DNA of 57,023 bases, counting the filler, from Platydemus manokwari (lineage: Eukaryota): NCBI GenBank assembly GCA_037951405.1. It is 5 parts of 5 records of this genome, joined end to end, with 100 filler letters (N's around TTAATTAATTAA, not from the genome) between each part and the next. Parts side by side here need not be neighbours in the genome. Positions count along the whole stretch, not along the records: positions 37,398 to 46,222 come from JBBMOY011343315.1; positions 46,323 to 57,023 come from JBBMOY011112109.1; 3 more parts are not named here. One strand, written 5' to 3'. Of the stretch, positions 37,298 through 49,500 are shown piece by piece (position 1 is the stretch's first letter; every line of letters begins with the position of its first letter). The translations under genes were made by a program, and so were the position numbers. The notes under the pieces are model-generated. The model did not search any database, had not been told where the DNA came from, and saw nothing but the letters and a program-made list of their open reading frames with translations.

Positions 37298-37397
37298 NNN
37301 NNNNNNNNNNNNNNNNNNNNNNNNNNNNNNNNNNNNNNNNNTTAATTAATTAANNNNNNNNNNNNNNNNNNNNNNNNNNNNNNNNNNNNNNNNNNNN
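37298..37397. other. Artificial assembly linker/gap
   Basis: N44 + TTAATTAATTAA + N44. Confidence 0.97.
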
Positions 37398-39172
37398 ATT
37401 AAATTTATTCATTGAAATACAAATTTTAACTCATTTTTGTAAAAGCCGGAATCATACTAATACACCTAATATATAAAATAATAATAATAAATAATATTTC
37501 CATTCATTTTATAATTAAATATCAATCTCCTTTATAATAAATGATCCCTTCTCGATTATTATATTTTCCATAACGATTTCTCATCTCATCCAGTTTAATT
37601 GTTATTCACGAACAAATCTTCTTTTCCTGGACATAATTTTGAAGCCAAATTTCAAATTAATTTTCTTTCAATACTTCATAATATAAACCATTTGTGAAAA
37701 ATGGGTATGTTTTGTGAGAAATATTATTGCACTTTTCGGGCTGATGGTCACATGTGTCAATGTCATTGATAAAGAACGAATAAAATCTGTGGAGTTGTTG
37801 AATCAGAAACGGTTCGAAAATGTGAAGAAAAATTCACGAAAAGAATTGATTTTTGTTGTTTTAATTTTGCAATATAATTTTATTTTATATTTTATTCTTT
37901 TTTTTTATTATATTTTTTCCTACTTCTTGTTTTAATGACTGTTAAAAACCAACAATAATAACAATATGGGATTGATTTAAAATTTTATGGAATTTCAGAT
38001 TCACAGAACGAAAAACCCAAAGAAATTTTATTGCAAGCGCAACATTTGAAAACACTTAACAGGAAGTCCAAAACTCTTTCAAATTTTCTCACACGCTAAA
38101 GAAATAAAAATGATTTTTTTATTGATTGTTGCAGTTTGATGTACGAATTTTTATTCAACAACTATTTCATTCGATTATATTTTTATTTCAACAATATTTA
38201 AAATTCTCAATTATTTTTTTATTTTTATCCCCAGTAAAGCACCTTTCCGAGAAACAATCGAGTTTCAGTGAAATTTTGTTTTATATTTTTTAATTATTTT
38301 ACCAAAAAGTTCTGAATTTTCACATGGGACTTCAAGCACTGTTGATGCCTTAAACAATAGCTTCTCTATCATGTTTATCTTCTAGTTGCATCATATATGG
38401 CTGGAGAGATAGATCATAATCAAAGCAAATGCCTAAATTTGAAAAGAATTCTCAGCACGAACACACAATTTTTTTTTACCAAATCGACCATTTCAACACA
38501 TAAAAATGTGAGAAAATTTTTCAAAATTAATCTCATTATGTCATACAAGCTGAAAGGGAGCCAAAGCTAATTGAGAAAAAATGATCTCCAAGAGTTTTGT
38601 TCTGACTTTGTAATGTTTTTAATAATGACGTTTCTGATCGATTACAAGTGGTATTTCAACATCGAATCATGAAGATACAATTTAAAATATCCAGGAAATT
38701 CAATCCAAATGAATATCGATTAACATCGTAATTTCAATATTCGTATTTCTTCTCTGGTAATTTAATGTGCTTAATATCACTATTTATTGAACTGAGGAGT
38801 TTATAAGAGTCAATTTTTGGGTCAATATATTTGATAAAATAAGTTGGAATCATTTGTGGTAGCTGTTATTACTGTTTAAAATAAGATTTGAAAACGAATC
38901 CAAGAATTTCAAATCACAAAAGTATATTTTATTAAAATATTCAAACTAATAAAATCGATTATTTATAGTAATTTTATAATATCAATATATTTTCTACTTG
39001 AAATATTCATTTAAATTTTTATTGATTTTTAAATTGTTGCAAGCATAATATTAGTAATATTAAAGAAAATAATAATAGTATTTATTCGGTACTACTGTTT
39101 TATAAAATATGAATGGAATACGAATCGAAGAACGTTAACATTAAAATATTTAAACCAATCATAGATCATTTG

Positions 39173-39893
39173 TATAGGATTGGAACAAAGGTCTTGCCCG
39201 ATAGAAAATAATATTTATTTAACCAATCAAGACAATGTTTAAATTGGAAATACAAATAAAACATCAATCGTCTGTAAATCTAAAATTTTTTAATGTTTTA
39301 TGAAGAGATGTTTCGCTTAAATGCATTCTGAAATCCTTTTTAAATGTTTAATTTCGATCTTATAATTGAATAATTGTTTCAGAAAGCTATCATTTAAAAA
39401 ATATTATTTTGTGGCATATGATGGGTTTTAAGCTAAGCGATTTGAAATATCTGATGTATTTTTTGTGGAAAGATGGAATGAATGAGTCAGTAATTGAGAA
39501 GAAGATTAACTCCGTGCTTAGCACCGGTACCGTGTGTGCTACAAACTGCCAGAAAATAATTGTAAAATAAATTGTTGGTAAGAGAAGAGATAAGTGGGCT
39601 ACCGTTGGTTAAAGATGATATAGTAATCGAAGAGTTTCTGACATACGACAAATACTCCATATCTCACAATATGCTAGAAGAGCTGTCGTTGTCTCACATA
39701 GCAGTATAAAAACTGCATAAAAAATTCCAGGGCGTTGGCAAAAGTGTGTGGACCTTAAAGGTGACCATTTTCAACATTTTAGATTTACAGACAAATGATG
39801 TTTTGTTTATATTTCTCAATTTACATATTTCCTTTATTGATTAAATAAATATTATTTTCTATCGGACAAGACTTTCGTTCCAATCCTCAAATA
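39173..39893 (+). mobile_element. Internally deleted mariner-type element with ~60-bp TIRs
   Basis: Left AGGATTGGAACAAAGGTCTTGCCCGATAGAAAATAATATTTATTTAA is inverted at ~39841-39887, with TA at both ends. Transposase C-terminus KIPGRWQKCVDLKGDHFQH lies at ~39720-39778. Confidence 0.85.
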
Positions 39894-41189
39894 TGCTAAC
39901 TCTATAATTTTATGCCAAATTAAATTGTTCTGGGATATTCATGAGCAACAATCTACAGATAATTCCATTATATGATATTTATTATTATTAACAGTACTAA
40001 ATACCGGTGAATGATCTTTAAAGATAAATTTAAAATTATAATTTCGGATTACGAATATTTTGATTTACGCCTTCTTCAATTATCGATCTAAAAAGGCTTA
40101 ATGTTTTAAAATCACACCTAAAATTCTATTGATTTTCAAGATAAATTGCAGAAAATCAATAAAAAATTTCATGATCGATTTCAAAATATCTAATCACTGT
40201 GATTAACTCAGTAAAATGGCCTAAGACAGTGCATTTGTTAATCTCAAATAATAATTCGAATCTTCGTCTTCAAATTCAGTCCAACATTGATATGACAAAC
40301 CTGAGGAATGTGCGGATATGAAATGAAAATATAATTGTAGCAATTGTCCACCGGTCAGTTTGAAATGATAATGAAGGAATGACGGGGATGCGAATTAAAT
40401 GTCCTACCCGATAATTCTGAATAGATAGAATAACGAAACATATTGATTTCCGATTATTTATTGAATTTTCTAATAATTTAATTATCAAATCCCAATAACA
40501 TTTACAACAATCAATGTCACCATAATTGATCTTTTTCAAGTCTTACCAGTGTCGATCACATTAATAAAGTTCCGATCTTTTTAATCAATAAACGACATTT
40601 TCAAGATTTTTCGATTAAATTTATATTTCCGAATATATTAGACAAATTATCAGCTTAAAACCTCAAAATCCAAGATCCTTACTCCTTGTAATCACTGCTC
40701 TTCTTTCTTCATGTTTACTAAAGGACTGCAGAGTATTTTCATAATTTAACCACATCCTATCAACATATAATATACATCCTTATATGAACTTATAGTATCT
40801 AATTAAAGGAACAAGCATATTCACAATTTGTAACGTTAATAAGGTTTCTATAAAGTAGATTCAATTCATTTTAACATTTGAAAACTTTGATACGATTGTT
40901 TGAGCGATAAACATGCAACTTTAATATCAGAATGCAAGTTATTTGGTTCAATGGGTATTGACCAACATGTTTCTGCATAATCTTAGTCACTTTATCTACT
41001 GCTTACAGATTTTTATATCGAGCTCATCTGTTATATATTCTTATATAAAAAACTCACCTGTCGAGGAAAATAGCTACAGGTCTCCGATTATTAAAACTTT
41101 CTCTTTAATTAGAGATGGATTTTTAGAATTATCATTGTGAGATATTTGATATTAAATGAATTTCAATTTGATTCGAAACAATTTCAATT

Positions 41190-41360
41190 TACATTTATTC
41201 AAATTTTAATCAGATTTAATTTAATTTTATAAAAAATTAAATTAAGGTAAAATTGAAAATATTTATTTAAATATTTGGATTTAAAATAGAATTGATTGTG
41301 TCTTGAGTTTCTTGGTTTGATTTTAGTTTGTGGTTTTTAAAATAGTAGTAGCGGCTCACA
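41190..41360. repeat. Dispersed repeat; inverted homologue of 47450-47610
   Basis: Reverse complement CGCTACTACT..TTTAAAAACCACA...TCAAGACAC...AAATATTT matches 47456-47535. Confidence 0.6.
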
Positions 41361-42156
41361 ATCATATTAAGATTTTGTCAGAAATTTGGGGAACATCTTT
41401 TAAATAAGTACTGCGACCAATGGCAGTTGAAATCTGCATATTCGATCTCTTAAATTGTCCAGCATGATATTTGTTCTTTCTGATAACGAGATGTTGTAGC
41501 TGGTTATGTGATTAAAAACAATTTCGAAAACTCCAACTCATCAGTGAGCTCATGATCAATTTATAATGTACTTATCAGGGGAAACCCACTCTCTGTTTTT
41601 TTGCTTTCATCAAAAACTCATAAAATTCTCAAAGGCCATCGTCTGCACCTCGAACTTTGGGAATTTATCACTAGAGCTAGGAATAATCTTCTAAAATTAA
41701 ACTTGCAACCATATTGTGCTCAAAGGCATTTATCAATTGCTTGTGAAAGATGTGATGCCCCAGACGAATCGTTCCAATAACCGAGATAAATATACACAAC
41801 TCGCTGTTGATATCTGCCGGCGGAATCAACACGACCTTTACCTTTTTGTCATAAATCTTGGTATTCTTGGTTCTTGGACCTTCAAAACGATAAGGCTTTC
41901 AATCTTTTAGGCTTCGCTAAAAACACTAAATAAACTTTCAAATTTATTAATCACACAAGTAATCCGGTCTGCCCACAATACCTGTTTGAGTCACATTTGC
42001 AGTGATAACAAAACAAAGCAAATAACAACCACATCTTTTCCTCTCCGTCCTAAACTATCAGCAACCCAACTATTTAATCAATAATAATCACATAATAGTG
42101 GAGCTCATCTTGTCATCCATTATTCTCACTGTCATAATCGTTATCACTAACAATCG

Positions 42157-42705
42157 GCAGCATTGAATCAGCACTTTCTGTTTTACCATAGGGGTTGAAA
42201 GGGGTGATGATTTGAGAAATTATTATTCCCTTTATTGTCATAGACTCGGAGAAGATAGAGTAGCACATTTTCGTTCACAATTCCAACAAAGAGTTCATCA
42301 ACCACAACCTGCAGTTTTTAATCAAGGTATGATGAACTTTTATTAGCTAGTACAATTCTTCGGCATTGAATCACTTCCACCTGCTTTACCCAAAGCCTCG
42401 AAAGCAGAGACGATTTTAGAAAATATCAACTCAAGCAGTGCTATTGGGTCGGAGATTAGAAAATCAAATTCTTCAGGAATTCTGGTAGCCAATCTCTGTT
42501 TTACCATAGGCCTCGAGATCGACATTTCCCACAAATTGATTGAGCAATAAGGTTGAGATTGGATTGAATTGAATCAGGTCTCTCCAAATTTTGAAGTATT
42601 CCTAGACTGACAAGATTTGATGGCTTCGAATTGATACTAGACTAATAAAAATTAATCAGTATTGAATCATCACTTTCTGTTTTGCCTTAGATCTAAGACG
42701 TGGTG
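42157..42705 (-). repeat. Four degenerate ~40-bp units of unknown origin
   Basis: (C/T)ATTGAATCA...CTG(T/C)TTT(A/G)CC at ~42162, ~42364 and ~42660, with a partial unit at ~42495. Minus-strand readings: YGKTESADSML, LGKAGGSDSMP, *GKTESDDSIL. Confidence 0.45.
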
Positions 42706-44919
42706 TTCATTAGAGTAATTATTATTATCTTTAATATATAATTTCATATACATTAAGATGTTTGATTTATTCATATAATTCAGTTAATATCTAAAATTTT
42801 AGGATGTCGAAAACGGACAAGACATGATTTAAAAACCAAGTCCCAATTCTAATCATAACACTTCTTTTCGATGATTTCAATTTTTAAATTCAAATTAATT
42901 TAATTATAAGTGAACTTAGGAAACTCATGACATGTTTAATGGTCTAGTATTACTTGTTTATATCAAATAATTGTAGAAATTTAATGTATACCTCAACTTG
43001 CTTCTATTTTTATAAAGAGGTTCTCTCTAATTTTCAATGAATTCTATCTATTTTAATCCGTTTTTCAAATAATCAAATTTTAGGAAATTTTAAAGCTCCA
43101 GTGCATTTAATATTTGTTTTCAAACAACTTAAATTCTTTTTAAGTGCTTAAATAAAAAAATCGAAATATTTTTAAAGAATATAATTAAATAAACTATATA
43201 GATTTTTGCAATACACTCAACAAATTTAAAATATGATTTTTGACCCAATTTTTTAACTTGAATCGAAATTTTTTTTTCCAATAAATTTCAATTTCGTTCA
43301 TTCTAAAAACAGATTACTATTTTGAGCAGACAAATTAATCAGTTGTCCAGATTTAGCAGTCACTCCGAATGTATTTATCCTTCCATTTCATTCTTGAACT
43401 ATTAAAGACAACTGTGCTCAATAAAAAATCGGTTTATGAGTTTAATAAATTCTCTTTAGATTGTCATAGATACGTACAAGATTTTAATAAAGTAAGGAGA
43501 TTTATTAAGTCTCTGGAATGGTTTGCTTTACTGGATACGACATCAATTGATTGTCTCCTTAGAATGCAGTCAAGCAGTCAACATATATGATAGCTGTTAA
43601 ACATCAAAGTCAACACGATATACCGAATGAAGAATACATTCTTGAATGGCCATTGGTTCATCGATAATGACAAGATATTCAGAGACTAATTAATTTATTT
43701 AAAATTATTATATAGTAACTCTAATCTTTGTAACAGATAAATCAATAATACAATCAGCACAATATCAGATAAAAAATAGTTCAGGTGGTTCAAAATATTT
43801 TTGGATAAGTAAACCAATCACGATCACAATATTCTCTCTATTTATTCTGATATTTAATTAACTTCAAAAATGAGTACGAAAATCCCCGTTCGTTTTTGTG
43901 AGGGAATAAATGTATCTAAAAGTAAAAATCTGCCGTTCAAAATTTCATGGAAATGTCTACAATAAACCGAGGGCAGTAATACTGTTTTAGACATTTAATG
44001 TTGTAAAAATATAACTGAAATAATTTGAGATTTCGGTTTGTCTTTATGTTTGCTAAAAACAAACGAATAAATATCCACAAGAATAAACGAAAATTTTTGC
44101 TCGTTAATTAACTTTGATGTTTTTAATTTTTTTTAATTTTATGTTTCGATTTTTATTTAATATCGCTTTATTTAAACAAGCTGTATAAATAGAGAAACTC
44201 ACTCAGCAAATCAAGCAAACAAGAACGTCTAGATAAGTCGGTTGAGAAGGTTTAAAATTTTGAAATAAATGAATGAGAATCTTTCGCACACACACACTAT
44301 ATATAATTACTAACTTTGGAGTTTTTAGTATCTTTTAGAGATTAATTCAAATCTAGGTTTAGATTTTAATATAGGAAATCTCATTTAAAAATGTAGAAAT
44401 ATTATGTTCTTAGTGTATTTTACAACACGAACATCTCTGAGGTAAAATCACATAACGTCCAGGCAGTATATTTGGACTCTACCTCCGTTAATAACACTTA
44501 TTAAAGTAACCCGAAAAAAACTTTCAGCATGCTCTTCAATCATAGCGTCTGGTTTTGTGGAAAGAAACCAAGAAGTGTATGAAAAAATAAATTTTCCCAT
44601 AATCTCAAAGATCCTTTGCGAATCATTTTCTGGATCCATGTAGTTTTCCGTTTCCATGTTTCACCAGAATATTTTACAAATAAATTTTAAAGTCCACTAT
44701 GTTGTTTATTAGGTGCTGCACAATGTTGTAACGAAATTTTTCCAATTCGTGCTAGATAATAATATTGTTACAGTACACATTTGTACACAAATGAGTCATG
44801 CCAGATGTGATTGGAATGCCACAATTCATACTCTTTATATCAAATAGGGGGTTTTTACCCTGTTATTTGTTTATCGTTGAATTAATAAAGCATAAAATAA
44901 TTCACTTTTATCTTATATC

Positions 44920-45230
44920 TATGCCAGTAGTTTGTGTCAATGCCATTCAATGGTTTATTTTCTGTAACCATTCCCCAAAAATTTCACCTGATATGCACAC
45001 TTTTCATCACACCGATATTCAACAGGAATTTGCTTCATATTCTTAACTTTCCCAATTAAAAGTAATGATAGGCTGTCAGAACCTGAATTATTTGATGTTA
45101 CTAGTACGTCATTCGCGTTTTATTGCTGTACCTTTAGGACTTTGATTATAATAAATCCGAGAGACTTCTCGGGAAGCACTTGCAAAAGGACCTGTTTAAT
45201 TGGCATTGCGGATATCCGCGGAATCATAAT
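44920..45230 (-). mobile_element. Tigger/pogo (CENP-B-like DDE_1) transposase fragment
   Basis: Minus strand with frameshifts reads YDSADIRNAN*TGPF (NxDETGLF-like), LPEKSL, RMTY/VLVTSNNSGS, LLIGKVK, IPVEY, EIFGEWLQKIN. Confidence 0.65.
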
Positions 45231-46146
45231 TTTATATAATTTTAACTCAATCACACTAATTATATCCGACAAAGTATTCTGGTTTAGAAATCAACTTTCT
45301 AAAAGTTTTTTGTAAGACACTTGAAAATTATTTTTTACATTTCCTCTTCATCGTTTTTTGTCAAACATTTATATAGATGTTTTCAGCCAATAAAACGAAA
45401 CTCTGCATTATAATTGGAAAACTTAATATAATCGCTGACTGATATACACATATATGTATCATCGTTTCGTCATTACATTCAAACCCTTATTTTTACTATT
45501 ACTGTTATCGTCATTGTTGCCTCATAGCTAGATTTGAAGAGACATGATTATAAATATTGTTCCCAAAACGTTAAAAATACATCTCTAAAGAGAAAGAATG
45601 ACATACATGCACAAATATACACACATAAATATCAGCCAATCAGAAACAAAGAGATTACATATGTTTATAATAACACAATCAAAATTATAAAACACATTTT
45701 AAAACTCTGTTGAATTCATTTTCAAAAAAAAACATTAGACTCTTTGCCCATTGATTTAATGTGAATCCCGGTTACCAGATTTGTTGTTGCTGTAAATTTA
45801 GGGAAATAAAGATAATTTTCTAGCTTTGACAGTTGAAGATGCCAAATATCATTATGTTAATGTATATATTATTATTAATAATAACAACAATAATAAAATT
45901 ATTTATAATAATTCCAACAATAATAATAATGATAATAATAATGATAGTATTAAAGTAATAATAATAACTGTAAGGTTTAAAATTTAAAAAAGATTAAGAT
46001 TAATAAATAAACAAATATTTTTAAATGATTATATTATTATTTATATTTAAAAAATGGTCTTGCTCAAAACATACTGTAATCTCTCAATTTGTTAAAAAAT
46101 ATATAAAATTAGTAAAAATAATTTTATATAAAATTTATTTTAAAGG

Positions 46147-46222
46147 TATTAGGTTGTCCCATATGAAATGTCCGATTTTTATATATTGAACTTTAAATCA
46201 AAATTTTTTAAAAACTACTTAA
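46147..46222 (+). mobile_element. Mariner-like terminal inverted repeat running into the gap
   Basis: TATTAGGTTGTCCCATATGAAATGTCCG resembles mariner termini (TA + TTAGGTTG...). No partner end is visible. Confidence 0.4.
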
Positions 46223-46322
46223 NNNNNNNNNNNNNNNNNNNNNNNNNNNNNNNNNNNNNNNNNNNNTTAATTAATTAANNNNNNNNNNNNNNNNNNNNNN
46301 NNNNNNNNNNNNNNNNNNNNNN
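46223..46322. other. Artificial assembly linker/gap
   Basis: N44 + TTAATTAATTAA + N44. Confidence 0.97.
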
Positions 46323-46591
46323 GAAATAAGAAGCCAGCAAGATATATGAATTACCTAGACGCAGGCTTTTCCGAAGACGGACGGATGTAATATATGTATT
46401 GTTTAAATACTATATATTTGTATAATTTTTGAATTAATAAATATTAATATTTACTAATCTTTATCACAATTATTATTAAAAATATTAATAAATGAACAAA
46501 AGGTCTCATGCTTGATTTAAATAAAGTTATTCAATAAAATAAAATAAATAAATTTCGAAAAATTAATTAATATATTACGAGTTTCACTTAC

Positions 46592-49500
46592 AGTCCAATT
46601 ATGCATCGATTTCATTATAACTGCACTCACTGTGAATAGCATGATAATTAGTATAACACTAGAAAAAATAGCCAATCCCATTTCTTGATATAGTAAAATC
46701 ATTGCTAAAAAGATTTGAAATGGACAAGAAATCATAAACCATGACAATTCTAATAGAATAAATATAATGATACTATCAATTTATTAAGAGAACTTACCAA
46801 CCCACTCCATAATCTTTTCAACGTCGACATTGACCAAATTTATAATATCACCTGAAGTAAGTCTTTTGTTCACTTCGTTATTCATTCTGAGACTCTAAAA
46901 ATAAACATATAAATGGAGTAATTTATATGAAACTAGTGGAAATTTGATAAAATAAATTATATTTAAATTATAATTAGATTTAAGAGACTTTGAACCAGTG
47001 TACAAGCAAGTTTATCTAAATGTTTAATCCAGATATTGACCACAGAACAGATTCTAGACGAATGGCTGCTAATACAAGTCTATGTAAAGTGCCCACAACT
47101 TAAGATGGAATCTTAGAAAAATATGCGTCTTTATATGCACTCAAATCTATATTGTATTAAACTAAGGTAAGCTTTTATAAAATTTTGGTTACGGCATTTT
47201 ATTTTTTAAATTTTATTTGTCACGACGTTCTAGCTTATCCACTAAGTTTTATTTAATTTTTTTCTATTAAATAATCAAATTTGCTTGTGAGTTATTAACA
47301 CTAGATTATTAGTTTCAAGTGTGCATTTATCGCGATAAATAAGTTGGAAGAGTTTTCCAAATCATTAAACTAGCATTAAAATGAATCTGATTTTTAATAA
47401 ATTGAATACAATTTTATAACAAAATAAAAATACATTGAATATTAGAACTGTTAGTCGCTACTACTTTAAAAACCACACATTAAAAACGAACTGAAAAGTC
47501 AAGACACTAAAAAATATATTTAAATACAAATATTTACCCAAATAAATTTAATTTTATACAAATATGATTTTATATAAAATTAGAATTAAATTTGAATAAA
47601 ATTAAAAAATTAATTCATTTAAAATATCTCACAAGAACCAACTTTAATTCAAATGAATAAAAAACGATCACCTTTCGATAAATCAACCCTATAATCACTG
47701 CTCGAATTCTGATGCTTAAATAGGATGTTATGAAGTAACAATAGTTCTCGCTCAAACTACCAATAACTCCAGTAAAGAGGAATGCCAAAGACAGAGCGTA
47801 ACCGAACCAACCAATTGAGATGTTTTTCATTCCAATAAAATTTATTACATTTCTAAAATATGAATGTTAGAAATATGATTAAAAAACATGCTATTTACTT
47901 TAATAGAAAAGGCATGGAAAATAAGCAGATATCATTGAATATTTTCAATCCCCAAGAGATTATGAAATCACACATAAATAATTTCATTAGACTTAAAAAC
48001 AAAATCCACTTTGGATTTTTTATATCATATTCAATATCGTTTTTAATGACGTTAGAATTACTAGAGTGGTGTTTCATAGACAGAAACCTTTCCCTTCTAA
48101 AATTAAATCATAATGATATCACAATCATAATTTTAATTTGATGAGAATTTGAACTTTAAAGCAGCATGTATAATTGATTTTTGAATTCATTAATAATGAA
48201 AGTAAATTTTTATAAAATACAAATGCCACTAATATGTGTACTATAATAAATATATAATTTCAGCACTTTTTTTACCGAAACAAATTGCATGTTGAAGGCT
48301 GTCATATTGGAAATCTTTTTTCTGTTGTCACATGCAAACAGATATCTATTTCTAATTATGATTATTGTTTTTTTATATTTTTAGATTGGATTGAAATCGA
48401 ATAGTTATCTATTTGATGGGTTGCAAGACCGCAAGGTAGCTCCTTAACGAGATTGAAATGGGTCAATGAAAAAAGATATATTTCATATCAAGATAAAGTA
48501 CTGAACCCAGACCATTAAATTGTGAGAAAGAATGAAAGTAAAAAAGGACTATTAGAAGTTAGTTTGGATTGTTGAGAAATGTTTTGGTAGAAGTCTTAGT
48601 GAATTTTTATTATTTTATGTAGTGCTCAAGGGCGTGAAACTGATATTGCATTATGTTTTGTCAAGAACTTTAGTAAAAATGATAGAGAAATGAGAGTATT
48701 GTAAAATATTTGACTATATCAATTTGTTTTCAAAAAAAATGTTTGAAAAATAACTCAAAGGATACATAGCTTAATGAGCACTTCAATTTTTGCCTGTGTT
48801 TCGAAAGATGGTGAGAAAAGCATACTACCGCATATTTTGCTCTAGGGCTCGGAGACAGTATTGTTTTCAGCAAAGAAGTTCCGACCATGGCTGGTAAGTT
48901 TGACTTCGGCTGTCTGCATTGCATGGGGCTCTAACTTGTATGTCTGACTCATCTGATACTTAAAAAAGTACTCCAGTTTCATGTCCGGGGGGTTGTGACA
49001 TTGATAATTGCTTTACAAGAAAATTGTCATTCTTTCCCTGATTCCAAAAACTCTAAGAACGCTGAGTGCCAATATGTTGGAACTAGTACTGGCAGTGAAT
49101 ATCCATTAGGGTAGATACAGTTATACGATCGATTTTGTAAGTAGACGAAGTAATATTCTCTTTAAACGAGATTTTTCTATTTGTATGAATTAGACCATTT
49201 TTAACTTTATTACGATTTTTATTGCAGAACCCATCATATAAGGACTTCAATGAGAACAGTATATACAAGCATAAGTAAATAATTTGGATGACTCGATCAC
49301 GGATTATGATGGTGACGCATACAAGAAAAAGCACCACATGAATTTCCCTAATGATTGAAAAATGTCATCCAGCTTTTAACTGAGAGAGTTAGCAACGAGG
49401 TTATTAATTGAAATGGTTTGTACTGGATTGTTATAAACGTCACTGACCTGGAACCTCATATTTTCAAGTTTTTCATGGCAAATCAAGTGATTTGAATCAA

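Noticed and set aside
40276-40539. YRVGHLIRIPVIP resembling a Ginger/integrase C-terminal motif
   Set aside because: Too short and degenerate to assign.
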